Translations under genes and position numbers: made by a program
Shown here: positions 26,301-38,177 of the stretch, piece by piece
Layout: each line of letters starts with the position of its first letter
How positions within the stretch are numbered: position 1 is the first letter of the stretch
Notes under the pieces: model-generated
Database searches by the model: none
What the model saw: only the letters and a program-made list of their open reading frames with translations
What the model was told of the DNA's origin: nothing
From: Styela clava
Taxonomy: Eukaryota
Assembly: GCF_964204865.1 (NCBI RefSeq)
Contig: NC_135259.1
Span: 14,508,001 to 14,572,000, forward strand
Direction of reading: 5' to 3'
Length of the DNA stretch: 64,000 bases

Positions 26301-29300
26301 ACATCCACTGACCTGTATCAGATGACCAATATTTAGAATATGGAGGAAGTATTCGAAAATAATAAAATGTCGATGTTACTCTGACATTATCTGTTAGGCG
26401 CATTTCCATACTTAGTTCAAATCATTTAAAAATAAAATTTCCTATGCCGCAAACAGAACATACTACCAAACAACTTATTTAGGAGGCATTTCCTCTTTCT
26501 AAGCTAGGCTATACATAATTATCTGCTGACTTCCAGTTTAGCATTACCACCCCTACTCAAATACCACCCAGGTGATACTATGCTACCGCGCTCACTTATT
26601 CTATAGCGATATTTCTTGATAATTATTTATCGGAAGCAGTGTATACACATACCTTCTCAATTTGCACACTCACAACTGCTCGAGTAAAAGAATGTTGGAT
26701 AGGATCTTTCAAATTTTGCAATGTGGTGTTTGATATTTGAACACTTACTACCTGAAAAGATTGAATTTGAAGAATATTTTTCCATATCAAGTTATCAATT
26801 ATACAAACTAAAAACGAACAAAAAGAAATTTTGTTATCACATATGGGAATGTCAAGAGGATTTGCTTCATGACTGAGTGGAAATGATATGCTCTTCAAAT
26901 CTTTGTATGGAACACCTTGTATATTGATGATATCAGTTAAGTAAGTCATCCTGTATAGAGCATGACCATTTCTGTTAGTTCCATGACGTCATAATTGCTC
27001 AAGCGAATATATCGAATATCTCCGCTAGTCCGTGAGTTGACAAAGATTCTTTCCTAGTTGATCTTGGAATATTTTCATATAAATAGAACAAGTTGTCGTT
27101 TATCCACAGCAACGTGTCTACTCTTCAGGACAATTTCATGACGAGAGATGCCTAATTAGGCGAAATATTCTAAAATACACCGTAACATTCCAACCAACTC
27201 ACTTGACCAACTTGCACCGCAGAATCATTTGGACTGGGAAACAAAACTCCTGTTTCGTGCAGGTAAAACAAGGCATTTGTCATATTTGAGATTGTTAAAG
27301 CCGGGATTGCTGATGCAGGAATTGTTGATTGGACAGAGGGTGGCGTGAGTGATCCAGATCCTGGCAGAACTTCAGTAATTGATCCGGAAAATTCAATAGC
27401 TCCTGGTGATGCCCCTGGCATATACGGTATCTTTTGTGCCTGTAAATATTTGTTTGTGGAAAGTTTCGAGAAATCACTTAAGACAATTTTCGTTAAAAAG
27501 TTAGTATTAGTGATATTGAATTATGGGTGTATGAAGGAGTAGTTCCTTTACACTAATTCCAAATAACGCATCTCGTTTAACTAACTTGTCTCTTCATAAA
27601 TATGAATACGTTGTCCATGTGGAAACACGAAAGCATAATTATATAGATTAATATTAGATCCAATATCAGCTGAACTATTCACAGAGAGATACCTTTTCTA
27701 TACACATTTTCTGATGATTTACCTACCTTAAACACGGACGACGGGCTCGTCATTGTCATCTTATCTTGCGTTAGAATCATATTTGATGAAAATACTTCCA
27801 AAGCTTCAATATACTGAAGTTTTTCTTGATCTGTGAGAACTGTGTCGTTACTACTTTTTAAGGCTTTATTTAAGTTGTCTGTCGTCCACACGAGATAGTT
27901 CATGGTTCTTTCCGTGATCTAAAAGGAAGTAAACAATCTAAATTGAAACAACAAATGATGATGAAACAACAAGATAGCAAACGTTATCTGCGATTCTCAA
28001 TGCTCGCAATGAAAATAGGGCCACGTTATTGCTCACCGACGAGCAAATTGTTCATTAATCCTCATGAAAATTCCAAAATATCTACTTATGGCAGTGGAAG
28101 TTACGATATTGCTTAGCACTGAAATAGGATCCTGGTAATTATTATATGAAACAATACACGATCCGGATGTAAGGCATCACGTTGCGCTTACATCATTATG
28201 CAAATCACGCATTCACATAAAATGCCAACTCGTCATCAAAGAAATCAACAAAATGCGTATTCTAAAAAGAGGATGAAGGGAAGGAGAGGTAGCATATTGA
28301 AAGCGCATCATCGAAACTCCAACCATGATTATATAAAACTTGCAATGCATTTATCATTTCCTGTTAGTTAGTCATATACTGAGATTCATATTTTAGTGAT
28401 TAGATTTTGCCAAAATTAATACTAACATTCAGAAATGACCGATATTACCGATTTTTATAAACTGTCATACTTTTTAAAAAGTGTTGTGCAATAGACCAGG
28501 GGGGGGCACGGTTTTTGGATAAGGAGCCAAAAATTTTGCACACCTAGACTGGCCATGTAAGTATGACGTAAAGAGTCACATTTTATGAACAATGTTACAG
28601 TGTTACAAAAGCAACAGTGGAAAACAATAAACCTAGTGTCAAAACAAAATTTAACCGCAAGCTTCACAAATTCCTTGAGCTATTTTTTACTAAAACATCA
28701 AAGTTTTGTTTCAGTTTGGTTGTGGCAGCACCAAGCGGGCCATATTGAATTACCTAGCGGGTCGAATTTGGCGTCTGTCGATTTCATAAATTGACAACCT
28801 CTAGTAATAACATTTATAAACTGGTGAATGTTCACCAGGTTGTCTTTATGTCTCATGTTCACCAAAATGTCTTTATTATTCACATGTTAAAGGTTTGGGC
28901 AAGCGTGAAAATTATTTTCATTTCCAAACATTTCGAATATTAGATTTTACGAGTATCAATGCAAAATTGAGATTTCCGAAAATTTCCGTTGCAAATATAT
29001 ACACTGATGTATATGCACTTTTCTAAACTTGTCTAAATCCATGACTCATTTGTCAAGTATGCGTTACAAAAGGCAATTGTAGCGCTCGTGTAAGATCCCC
29101 ATCAAATGTCCATTAATTGCTAGTTTTTCGTTAGTTTACGTTATTGGATACGAAATGGATCGTTTGTTGTTGTTAATCGTGTTAATATATTTTTTTTTAT
29201 TACTTTTCTTCTCAGTGTTGGTAAAAAATCGTTTTCAAGTTGGTTTTTTTTTCGCTAGAAGGCTATTTATTACTTTTATGTAATTCAAATAATTTGAATG

Positions 29301-32300
29301 ATTTGTTTTTGTGTGCGATGACGTCATCAAAATTAAAAAATGCGCACCTTATGGCGGTTACGTTCACGGCCACGTTCTGATAGTCAGGCGAAGTCGTGGA
29401 GATTGCGGTACAGGTAGTCTACTGTGACAGATTACATACCCGTACTACTTCGTTTTGACTTTCGTGTCCATATATTTGGACATTACTCTCTTGTTATTTA
29501 TAATGTAATCAGCAGGTATTTGATTGGAAACAATATTCGGATATGTTTTATAGTTGATCACCTGTATGTTATCCTGTTTTATTTGGTTATTCATCTCGTG
29601 GATTGCTTGAACAACATCTTTCACGTCCTTTGTAGTTTTTGAAGAGAAATCACTTGAAAGAACATTCGCCACCGCCATGTTGGATTCAACATTTTCTGTT
29701 GTTGCGGTATGGTTTTTGATCTGCAAGCATTTAACATAAATTTATCTTATTTGGTATAATTTTTCTTTTAATATTCAACTATTTAAATGCACGTATTATG
29801 TATTTGGGTCGGATAATTTTTGAGATTAACAAATATCAGTCAAAGTTGGTTTCACATTATTGTCAAGTTGATAAATATATTTCTGTATATAACACATATT
29901 ACAAAATAATTTGAAATTTGTTAAAATTTTAAAGGAGCTGAAGTAAGTTGAAATAAGCCAAGTACCATATCATAGTATTTTGGGTGTCACTGCTCGATAA
30001 CCAGCTTTGGTTCCCTGCGACTTCCCTTCCCCAGTAAAACTGTAAATTATCATTTCGTATTTTCTGTGTTCTATTGTTTTTACATTTACTGGTTGGAAAA
30101 ATTAAACTTGACTTGACATTCATTTAAAATTTCAGGTATATAAAATCCAAAAAAGTGAATTGGTTGTTGGATAGGCCTGGTAATAAACTTGACCATAAAT
30201 CTGTTGAACCTGATCTAACAAACTAGCTGGACTTTCTTCACACGATACTTCGCGAAGAGTTGCATATTCGTAATAGGCAGTGACGGTTCCATCAATGTTG
30301 GTTCTTGTATGACACTCTACTGTGGCAGTGAAACCGATAGCTGGAATATATTGCAAGTTTATTTTCATTTGGTATGAAATCCATTGCAGTTCAGGCCTAC
30401 ATAGCCAAGACACACAGACACAAACTGAAAGGGATATATAACACGGACGATAACCATGGCCTATCTTGCTTTGTGTGTTACGCCACCTTACATAAAATGA
30501 GACAGTTTTGAGACAAAAAATGACAAATAAAATGAGATAGTTTTGGTATGTTAGATTTAGATGGCTCTGCTTCAATCTTAATAAATAACCATATGATTAG
30601 CGTCTATTTGAATAGGCGTCATATATTTCAAATGTGTATAATTATAGGAATCCACATTTGTAACACCAAGTGCAAACTTTCTGAGTTGCAGCTACATATT
30701 TTCAGGATTCGCCGCCATCTTTCCTGCTTTTAGTAGCAGTACAACAATATGGCTAATATATCGTGAACTGTGCACCGATGTTTACATAAGTGAAATAAAA
30801 AAATATAATTTACTATAAACCTGAATTTTTGCAAGTTTCTTTAGATGACGCTAACGAGTTTGCGCCTGTTTGTTCAAACGAGTAAAACACGGATCCATGG
30901 AAATATAAAACAGCAGATTGTAATTTTGCTTCATTACAAACGGCCGGTGCTGAAATACAAGAAAAATTGGGTAAGAATTAACGAGAAAGATCAAATATAC
31001 GGACACGAGAGTCAAGATGAAGTAGCATCAAGTCTTTTACAGTACTAGTAGTCTGACCACGAGCTCATTGAAATATAGTCACGGAACAACGGCATACGTA
31101 TTTTTTAATTTTGATGATGTCATCTCACACAAAACCGAATCCCATATACCGCATAGCCATTGAGCATACTGAAATTTTTGAAAGAAATAAAAGAATAGCC
31201 TAGCAAAATAAATACAGTATTTAAATACTGAAAATTTCAAAGCAATTAGTCCAGCAGTTAATGAGAAGCAATTTTTTCATAACAGCAGGAAAACGAAAAA
31301 AGATTCTAACAAGGAAAGGAACAACGACATAACAGCAAAAAATATTTTTCCTCAAGAACATTGTGAAGTATAACAACCAGATAGCGATTGGAGACCGCCG
31401 ACTTATCAGATCTGCAGTTTCGATTACTTCACTCTGACTCAATAGCGACACCGCGTGCCCCATCACTAATTGATTAATAACTCGCTAATTATACGACATA
31501 ATTCACCCAAAATTAATAGGCTTCTGATTCCGAGATATGCTGAATGCACATGCAAAATTTGGAGCAGATTCAACCTCGCTTTCGTGAGGTATCGCGTGCA
31601 TCTAACAGACAGAAAAACAGACAAATACCTATCAACATACTTACAAGATCGATAAGTAATAATAACGAGTAGAATTAAAAAATTAGGAGGAGAGGAGTGT
31701 AACCTAAGATGAAGTGCAAAAGAAATATATTTTACCCTAAACATGTATAAAGACCACAAGAGCGAGCATACTCACCAACTTCGGGAAAATCTACTTTCAC
31801 GTTTGGCAGATTTCTTCCCCAATAGTTGGACGTCAAGCTTTGATTATGCAAAGATCTGATATCTTCAGGCGAAAACGCGGTTTCTTTATTTGCAAAGATG
31901 TCAAACCAGGCTATGACAGACCCGTTTGTGAACTTTGTGACTTTGACTAACATCCCTTCGATTCCTGATTCGCCATAACTCTCGGATATATTTCGTGCAA
32001 ATTCGTCTGACTTTCTCATAAATTCTAGAGAACTTGTATTTCCCAGTTGCTCTGTGAATGGTATTTCGAACCGCTGAGTCATGGAAGTAACAGCTATGAA
32101 TATAAAATAAGCTGTTAGCAAGAAACTAATGAAAAGGGCATAATTGCGCGATGATATGGTATGAAAATTTGGCCTTTGGAAAAGTAGGCCTACATTTTTT
32201 CATATAAAACACGATAAAAGCCTATATACATGCCAAAATACGCAAACGTGAACAAAATAAAGTAAGGCATATTAAGTGGATTCAAGTTGTAATTTTTGTT

Positions 32301-35300
32301 TTGATGAAATAATTCTTTGACTATGATTTTTCCACGAGAGATTTAAATTAAAACAAATAAACAATTTTTATGCGTTTTTCATGCATTTCAACAAGGCTCA
32401 ATAAAAGCATCTACTAATATTTTACAACTCACGAAAACAGCCATTAGATTCGCCATTGCTAACGGCTTGAGCTAATCCTTCAGCACAGATGCAGGTGTAA
32501 GATCCAAGAGTGTTGACGCAAACCTGTCCTGTCATAAAACATTGCTTTCTCAACGCGCATTCATTGATGTCGATGCACGTTGGATTTGTTCCGTTAGGAT
32601 TCTTCTCATATCCTCCTGGACAACCTGTACAAAAAAGCAAAGATTGAGATTGACAAATTTATTTTTGATTAAAATGTAAATAAGTAATTTCAAGTGAAAA
32701 AGTGTCGAGAGATTCAGAAGATAACAATTTAATCTTCAAAACGCGGAGTAAGTCACAAAATTTATGTAAATATATATACTGCTATAATTTCATGCTTTGT
32801 AAATATGGCGGCATATTTAGTAAAATTGCTACAGGATGAACCAGAAATCATTCACGAGGGGAATTCTGGAACGACCGCCGACGCACCAGGAGTCACAAAT
32901 AACCTGTCTCGTGTTTTGGAGTGGGTTGGTAACGTGATATAGATCTACAGCCAAACATTTACATATAGCGCCAACTAAATATTCTTTACAATACATACAA
33001 CCAATGACATATCCCTATACAGCCGATTAATATTCAAATATCGCCATTTTGGTGATGTACATACACAGCCAATGTCATATAATATGTATAAACAGCCAAG
33101 TAGATTACTCCATAGACACATAAAGGTACTCGCAAGTCAGACACATGTTAGTAGCACAAGGTCGAGCAATGGCAAAAAATTGTAACCGCAAGAAATGGAA
33201 ACTTACTACAAAATAAAGTACGTTGCTAAAAAATTTCAGGTTGGTACAAGGTTGATTAGTGCAACTTAAGGGTGAATAATAATATAAACATACCTAAAGT
33301 AGACGATGTCATAGTAGTAGTCTTAGTAGTAGAGCCTTTGAGAAAAACGTAATCATATATATTAGTTAATATCTTTTCCCAGTATATATTATATCTCAGA
33401 GAAAATTCGACAAATTTCGCATAAAACGGCGTTTAGGACTTTATCAATAACAATATTTAGGTTTGCATTGTAGAAAGCAATTTTCTTGAACACAAGCTTA
33501 TAATATGGAATGGGTTTCTTCGCCCTTCACCGAGTTTTTATAACATTCTATCCAATTGGGGAAATCTCCAAGATTATGAAAATTGTAGGTCAATTTCTAC
33601 AATGCTCATTGTTTTGAATTTAGACATTGCACCTCCAAAGTTGACAGATGTTAATCAGTAACGTAGGCAATAATTAAATTGATATAGGCCTAACTGACGA
33701 AATTATTCAAACCAGTGGTCAATTGTGGTCGATTGTGAGGAGTTTTTGACATTGGCCTAGAGTTTTCATTGGGGCTACAATAGGTCCCAAGAAATTGCAT
33801 GGCTGAAATTGATGATAGGTTTGGAAATTCAATTTGACAAGCTGATAAATAGATACAACTGGATCACAAAAAGATTGAGAACCACTGCGTTGAACGATAT
33901 ATTATTATATCATGCCACAATCATTCTGCAATGATAGACCTAGTTCATAATAAGAAGTTCTGCTTGCAGAGTATGGCATTGCGACTTGAACAATGTAAGT
34001 CGCCGAATGTGGTTACTTGACTGGCGTTTTTGATCGCCCTTGCAGTGCAAAAAAGTGTCTCAATTTCAATATATATATATTTTTACAAATTATACATGGG
34101 AAATTATGCCATGAAATAATCGGACATCAAGACGAACTGGATATGATTTCGTTGGCGAAACAGTGTGGGGTACGCGGATGCCGAATTCCGGGTAAATCTA
34201 GATTTGAACGTCATGTTTTCCAGTAAAACTACTCAAAAATTCAGGTAAACTATATTTTTATAAATGAATCTTCAAAAAAACAACTGATATATTTTTAGTT
34301 TGAAATTACTTCATTAAATTAAAAATCTTGCGGTGCAATCTTTGCTAACCTGTCGTCGTTGTCGAAGCAAGAGTAGTGGTTGGCCATGTTGTTGTCGAAG
34401 CAAGAGTAGTGGTTGGCCATGTTGTTGTCGAAGCAAAAGTAGTGGTTGGCCATGTTGTTGTCGAAGCAAGAGTAGTGGCTGGCCATGTTGTTGTCGAAGC
34501 AAGAGTAGCGGTTGGCCATGTTGTTGTTGTCGATGGAGGCGTCTGAGCTAAAATGCGTTTGAAAATATTCTGAGCAATCAACTTTACTCTAACATGCTTT
34601 AAGCTGAATGACAAATATTGTGGAAACATACTGTTGTAAAGATGGCGTCAGAGCACACTTTCAGAGTCAGTTTTGACTATTCGTGTTCTATTATAATGAG
34701 GAGGTAAGAAACTCTGACCTCATAGACTAATATCGGCATGTATTGGTACATCTTGGAGCAATTTACACCAGAGTTTTTCAATGTGGTCGATCGTGAGGAG
34801 TTTTTGAAATGGGCCTAGAGTTTTCATTAGGGCTACAATAGGTCCCAAGAAAAATGTATGGCTGAAATTGATCTAAATTTTAGAAAATTAATTGACCTGC
34901 TGATAAATAAATACAATGAATGACTAAGCCACAGAGAAAAGGTTGAGAACCACTGATTAAACCGATATATTAGTATATCATGCCGAAATCATTCTGCAAT
35001 GTTAGTGGACAAATGTGGTTACTTGTATGGCATTTTCAATCGCGCTTGCAATGCAAAAAGTGTCTCAATTTCAATATTTTTTCTCTCAAATTATGCCATG
35101 AGATAATCGGATTTCAAGACAAACGCTATGTAATTTTGTTGGGGAAACAGTTAGGAATACACCGACGCCAAACTCCGGTTAAATCTTCATGCTTCTCAAT
35201 AAAATAACTCAAAGAAAATTTTGGTAAGCTTCATTTGTATAAATGTAACTTTAAAAAAAAATCAAACGACTGATATATATCTTTAGTTGGAAATCACTCC

Positions 35301-35715
35301 ATTTAATTAGGAAACATGCTGTGCGACCTTTGCTGCTTGCTAACCTGTCGTCTTCGTTATTTTTGAAAACTTAATGTTGTGAAGATTGCGTGATAGCATG
35401 ACTTCAGAATCAGTTTTGGCGATTCGTGTTTTATGATAATGAGAAGTAAATAAACACCCGCATTTTAAACAAATGTCGGCATGTATTAGTCTAAAATAAG
35501 AGGTTTTCAAACTTTTTAGTGTCGCTGAACTATGATGATTTATTTCAGATGCTCGAGGAATCTGTGCAATAGTTGAATTTTCTTTTTTATTATCCTAGTT
35601 GTATAACTCTGAATATAAAAGCAAACCTATTACTGTACTGGCAAAACGAAATTCCTTTAAACGTGTAACCATTTTGATAATGAAAGCAAAATTAATATGT
35701 ATTTAGTTATATTCA

Positions 35716-35767
<52 letters not shown>

Positions 35768-36359
35768 TAATATAGATAGACGGATTTGAATGAAAACGGT
35801 ACTGGTGGCAGCCTATGGTGACGCGAAACAACGGTTGAAAATCACCGGTCTAAGCGAATGCTTCCTTGGATATGATGGAGAAAGTGTAAGATATTTGACG
35901 ATTGAAAGAAAAAGTGAAAACTACTTATGAATTAACTTACTCGTTGTTGGCGATGTTTGAGTACCAGTAGTCAATTCTGTAACTGAATGAATAACATATT
36001 ATTAGCTAGTGTTGGAAGAAGTTAGCTTCGAGGCTCACGAATCAATTGAAATTGCACATCACAATTTCATGTTAATTGAGTTTTTCATATTTCTAAAACT
36101 GAGGCGCAAAATTTTATTTTAGTTTCCAGAAAATTATACTATGCCACGCATGAATCGAAGATGAATAGCGTTCTGCGTATCTCTGCTATTACTTTGTTGT
36201 GAGTACTTTTTGAAAAAAGCATTTTGAGACAAGACTTCTCTTGCAATCTCAAAAACTAATTAAATCAAGTTTTCTAGTCTGACACTTACATGTAGTTGCA
36301 GTCTGTCCTAAACGCCACATTGAGAGGAAAGTAATAGTAAGTAATGTTGCTCTTTTCAT
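20391..36359 (-). CDS. Adhesion GPCR, copy B (same architecture), ~1006 aa
   Basis: Exons 36359-36290, 35982-35941, 34547-34350, 33335-33294, 32624-32433, 32093-31776, 30949-30821, 30340-30210, 29720-29562, 27918-27727, 27439-27203, 26751-26653, 26312-26160, 25326-25217, 24490-24296, 23763-23600, 22484-22324, 22117-21947, 21395-21278, 20699-20625, 20455-20391. Every exon from EGF onward has the same length and phase as in copy A; no stops or frameshifts seen; ends ...VTNL*. Confidence 0.9.
22674..23510. mobile_element. Composite insertion specific to unit B: hAT-like end plus an interspersed repeat also found at ~58738-59036
   Basis: Starts CAGGGGTCACCGAAC and has an internal 56-bp direct repeat (22791/23001). 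23205-23510 aligns with 58738-59036 (TCTGAGCGGATGCGAAAGG, TGATTGGCCAATG). Absent from the paralogous intron of gene A. Confidence 0.7.
25527..25883. mobile_element. hAT (Charlie-like) MITE, unit B only
   Basis: CAGGGGCGGGC...TTGCCCATGTCTG with 8-bp TSD TACCAGAT/TACTAGAT and an internal 50-bp tandem duplication (25592-25691). Empty site near 5880. Confidence 0.85.
26160..26312 (-). CDS. GPS-motif exon of adhesion GPCR B
   Basis: VSGCTINLERCGYFSIPDSTWKFDGCVTNVDQSNTSTTCYCNHT|TNFAVLV; most differences from copy A are synonymous. Confidence 0.95.
28497..28772. mobile_element. Truncated copy of the same hAT MITE family as 25527-25883, unit B only
   Basis: CAGGGGGGGGCACGGTTTTTG start; shares TGACGTAAA..TTTTATGAACAAT and TTTGGTTGTGGCA..TTGAATTACC blocks. 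Confidence 0.75.
29003..29442. mobile_element. ~440-bp insertion of unknown class, unit B only
   Basis: Copy A reads gcaaatatatactactacttcg (~8634-8655) uninterrupted; copy B has this block between the two halves. Terminal repeats are weak. Confidence 0.5.
31370..31665 (-). mobile_element. Helentron-associated (HINE/DINE-like) interspersed repeat, unit B only
   Basis: Reverse complement aligns with 62285-62476 (GTATGTTGATAGGTATTTGTCTG...AATTAGTGATGGG). It has a TTATTACTTATCGAT start and a (GTCT)n-like tract. Confidence 0.7.
31776..32093 (-). CDS. SEA-domain exon of adhesion GPCR B
   Basis: 7 substitutions in 106 aa relative to copy A; FTNGSVIA retained. Confidence 0.9.
32433..32624 (-). CDS. 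Calcium-binding EGF exon of adhesion GPCR B
   Basis: CIDINECALRKQCFMTGQVCVNTLGSYTCICAEG; one amino-acid difference from copy A. Confidence 0.93.
34363..34527 (-). repeat. Coding VNTR, 33 bp x 5 (TTTWPTTTLAS), mucin stalk of gene B
   Basis: Repeats of gtcgaagcaagagtagtggttggccatgttgtt inside exon 34547-34350. Confidence 0.95.
35721..35764. repeat. (TA)n microsatellite, ~22 units
   Basis: Perfect TA run; the paralogous site (~14722) has only a short interrupted run. Confidence 0.97.
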
Positions 36360-36700
36360 GTCCGTAGAAATTGTATACTTATAAGAACTATAAGTTATGT
36401 TCTATTGTAACAGAAAAATGTAAAACGTCAATTTTCTCATGGCATATAGTCTAGTTGTTCATTGGGACCTGGACTACTGAGCTACCTGGCTGAAGTCGCT
36501 GCTGTTATTCATAGAAAATAATCCTTACGATCAGTTTTGCAACAAATGTATACAATTTTCTATAATCATATTTATCTATCATAGACAAAGTAGTATAAAA
36601 GTCTGCCCCAGATTCCACAAGGAAAGAAATGAAATAGATATTTCTATCTTTTTTTATTTCATGTCCGCACAGGTAGTTTTATGCCCATACAAGTTAAAAT

Positions 36701-36709
36701 CTATTTATA
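36701..36709 (-). promoter_or_regulatory. Candidate TATA box (TATAAATAG) of gene B
   Basis: Conserved with 15666-15674. Confidence 0.5.
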
Positions 36710-37113
36710 CAAAGTAATCATAAAACGAATAGAGAAGTTGGATATAGTATGCAAGTCCATTCGCTGACTGAAATTCAAACCATTTCAAATTTTTACGGCC
36801 GCCTACTGGAAACAATCCTTCGAGACAATTTTGCAACAAATGTAGACAATTCGCTATAATTGTGCTTTTCTGCTATCTCTAGAGAAGTTCGAACAATTGC
36901 GAGAAAAATGACGAAGACAGTACAAGCGTGAGACCACGCTTCTTCACCGATGGGGTGCTAATTTGTATGTTAAATTCAAAGCAATGACCAGTTGCTTAGC
37001 GCGATTGCGTAATCGTCGGACACCAATGTTTTGATCTCGGCATTGGGTCAGATATTACGACATGGGCATGGTGATTAATATTAATGACATGATGGGAACA
37101 TTCTAGTGCATGC

Positions 37114-38177
37114 CGCCGGATGAGAACAGAACAGGCCTAGGTCATAATTTTGAGTTTTGAGAAAAACTCAAAAAACAATTTGGAATTTTTTTATTTTTGG
37201 AATTTCTAGATATTCACACTTAGTAAGGATGTGAGCTCTGGTTATTTTAATGGGGATGAGAATATCTTTGTAATCAATATTTTTTGTCACCTCAGCTTTA
37301 AATCCTTCCTGCTATTTTACCCCCATAAAGGATTTTGGCCCATTCTGTTCTCCACAACTTCTGAAATTTTTTGTATGGGATGCATGGTAAAAGAAGCTGA
37401 CTTAGGCCTAAGTTGCACTGGACAAATTCTTAGGGATGTAAGTTTCGGACATTTCATTTCTGATGTTCATGCCCATCATATTGGGACTTAAGACAATCTT
37501 CTTTTCAATATTTTGGGGTTTTGAGCCATGCTCTACAAAGTGGTGGCCTTGAAATCCTGAATTTCTCAATAATAAAATTTTTAGCTGGACTTAGGCCCAT
37601 TCTGTTTTAAACTTCTACAAAATATTATAGTCCTAAATCCAGCTAAAATTTTTGTTATTGAGAAATTCAGGATTTCAAGACCATCCACCTTGTAGAGCAG
37701 TGGTTCCCAACCTTTTATGACTCGTGGCCCCCTTCCAGCGCCCTTTTGCACTCATTTTCGTATTTTGGGCATTAGGAATTTACAAATGGGTTTTTGCGTC
37801 TATAATACGATAGCGAAGGTTATCTCGCAGTTTAGTGAAACTACAGGTTTGACGGCCTACCGGCGAACTATTTTGATTGGTAGATTCCAAATTCCATTAT
37901 GATCAAACAATTCATGCACAAGAAAGTGAATACACCCTGCGACCTATTCAAGCAATAAAACAGCGGTAAACCCTAAACGGGGAATTTATTTTGAACGGAA
38001 AGTTTGCAAACAAAGTCACTTTAATATCAATTATAAGCCTTGTGTCGTGGCCCCCTTGGGGGGCCCCGGCCCCCGGTTGAGAACCACTGTTGTAGAGCAT
38101 GGCTCAAAACTCTAAAATATTGAAAAAAGTGAATTTTTCAAAAATGTGACTTAGGCCCTTTCTGTTCTCATCCGGCG
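37114..38177. mobile_element. TIR DNA element with 4-bp TSD (ATGC), superfamily unassigned, upstream of gene B only
   Basis: Perfect 17-bp TIR CGCCGGATGAGAACAGA / TCTGTTCTCATCCGGCG, with ATGC on both sides. Empty site tctagtgcATGCatcccgaat at ~16036-16056. Confidence 0.9.
37698..38089. mobile_element. hAT (Charlie-like) MITE nested in 37114-38177
   Basis: CAGTGGTTCCCAACC...GGTTGAGAACCACTG with a perfect 8-bp TSD TTGTAGAG (37690-37697, 38090-38097). Confidence 0.92.

Noticed and set aside
34314-34551. Alternative-frame ORFs over the 33-bp repeat
   Set aside because: Shadow frames of the mucin exon of gene B.
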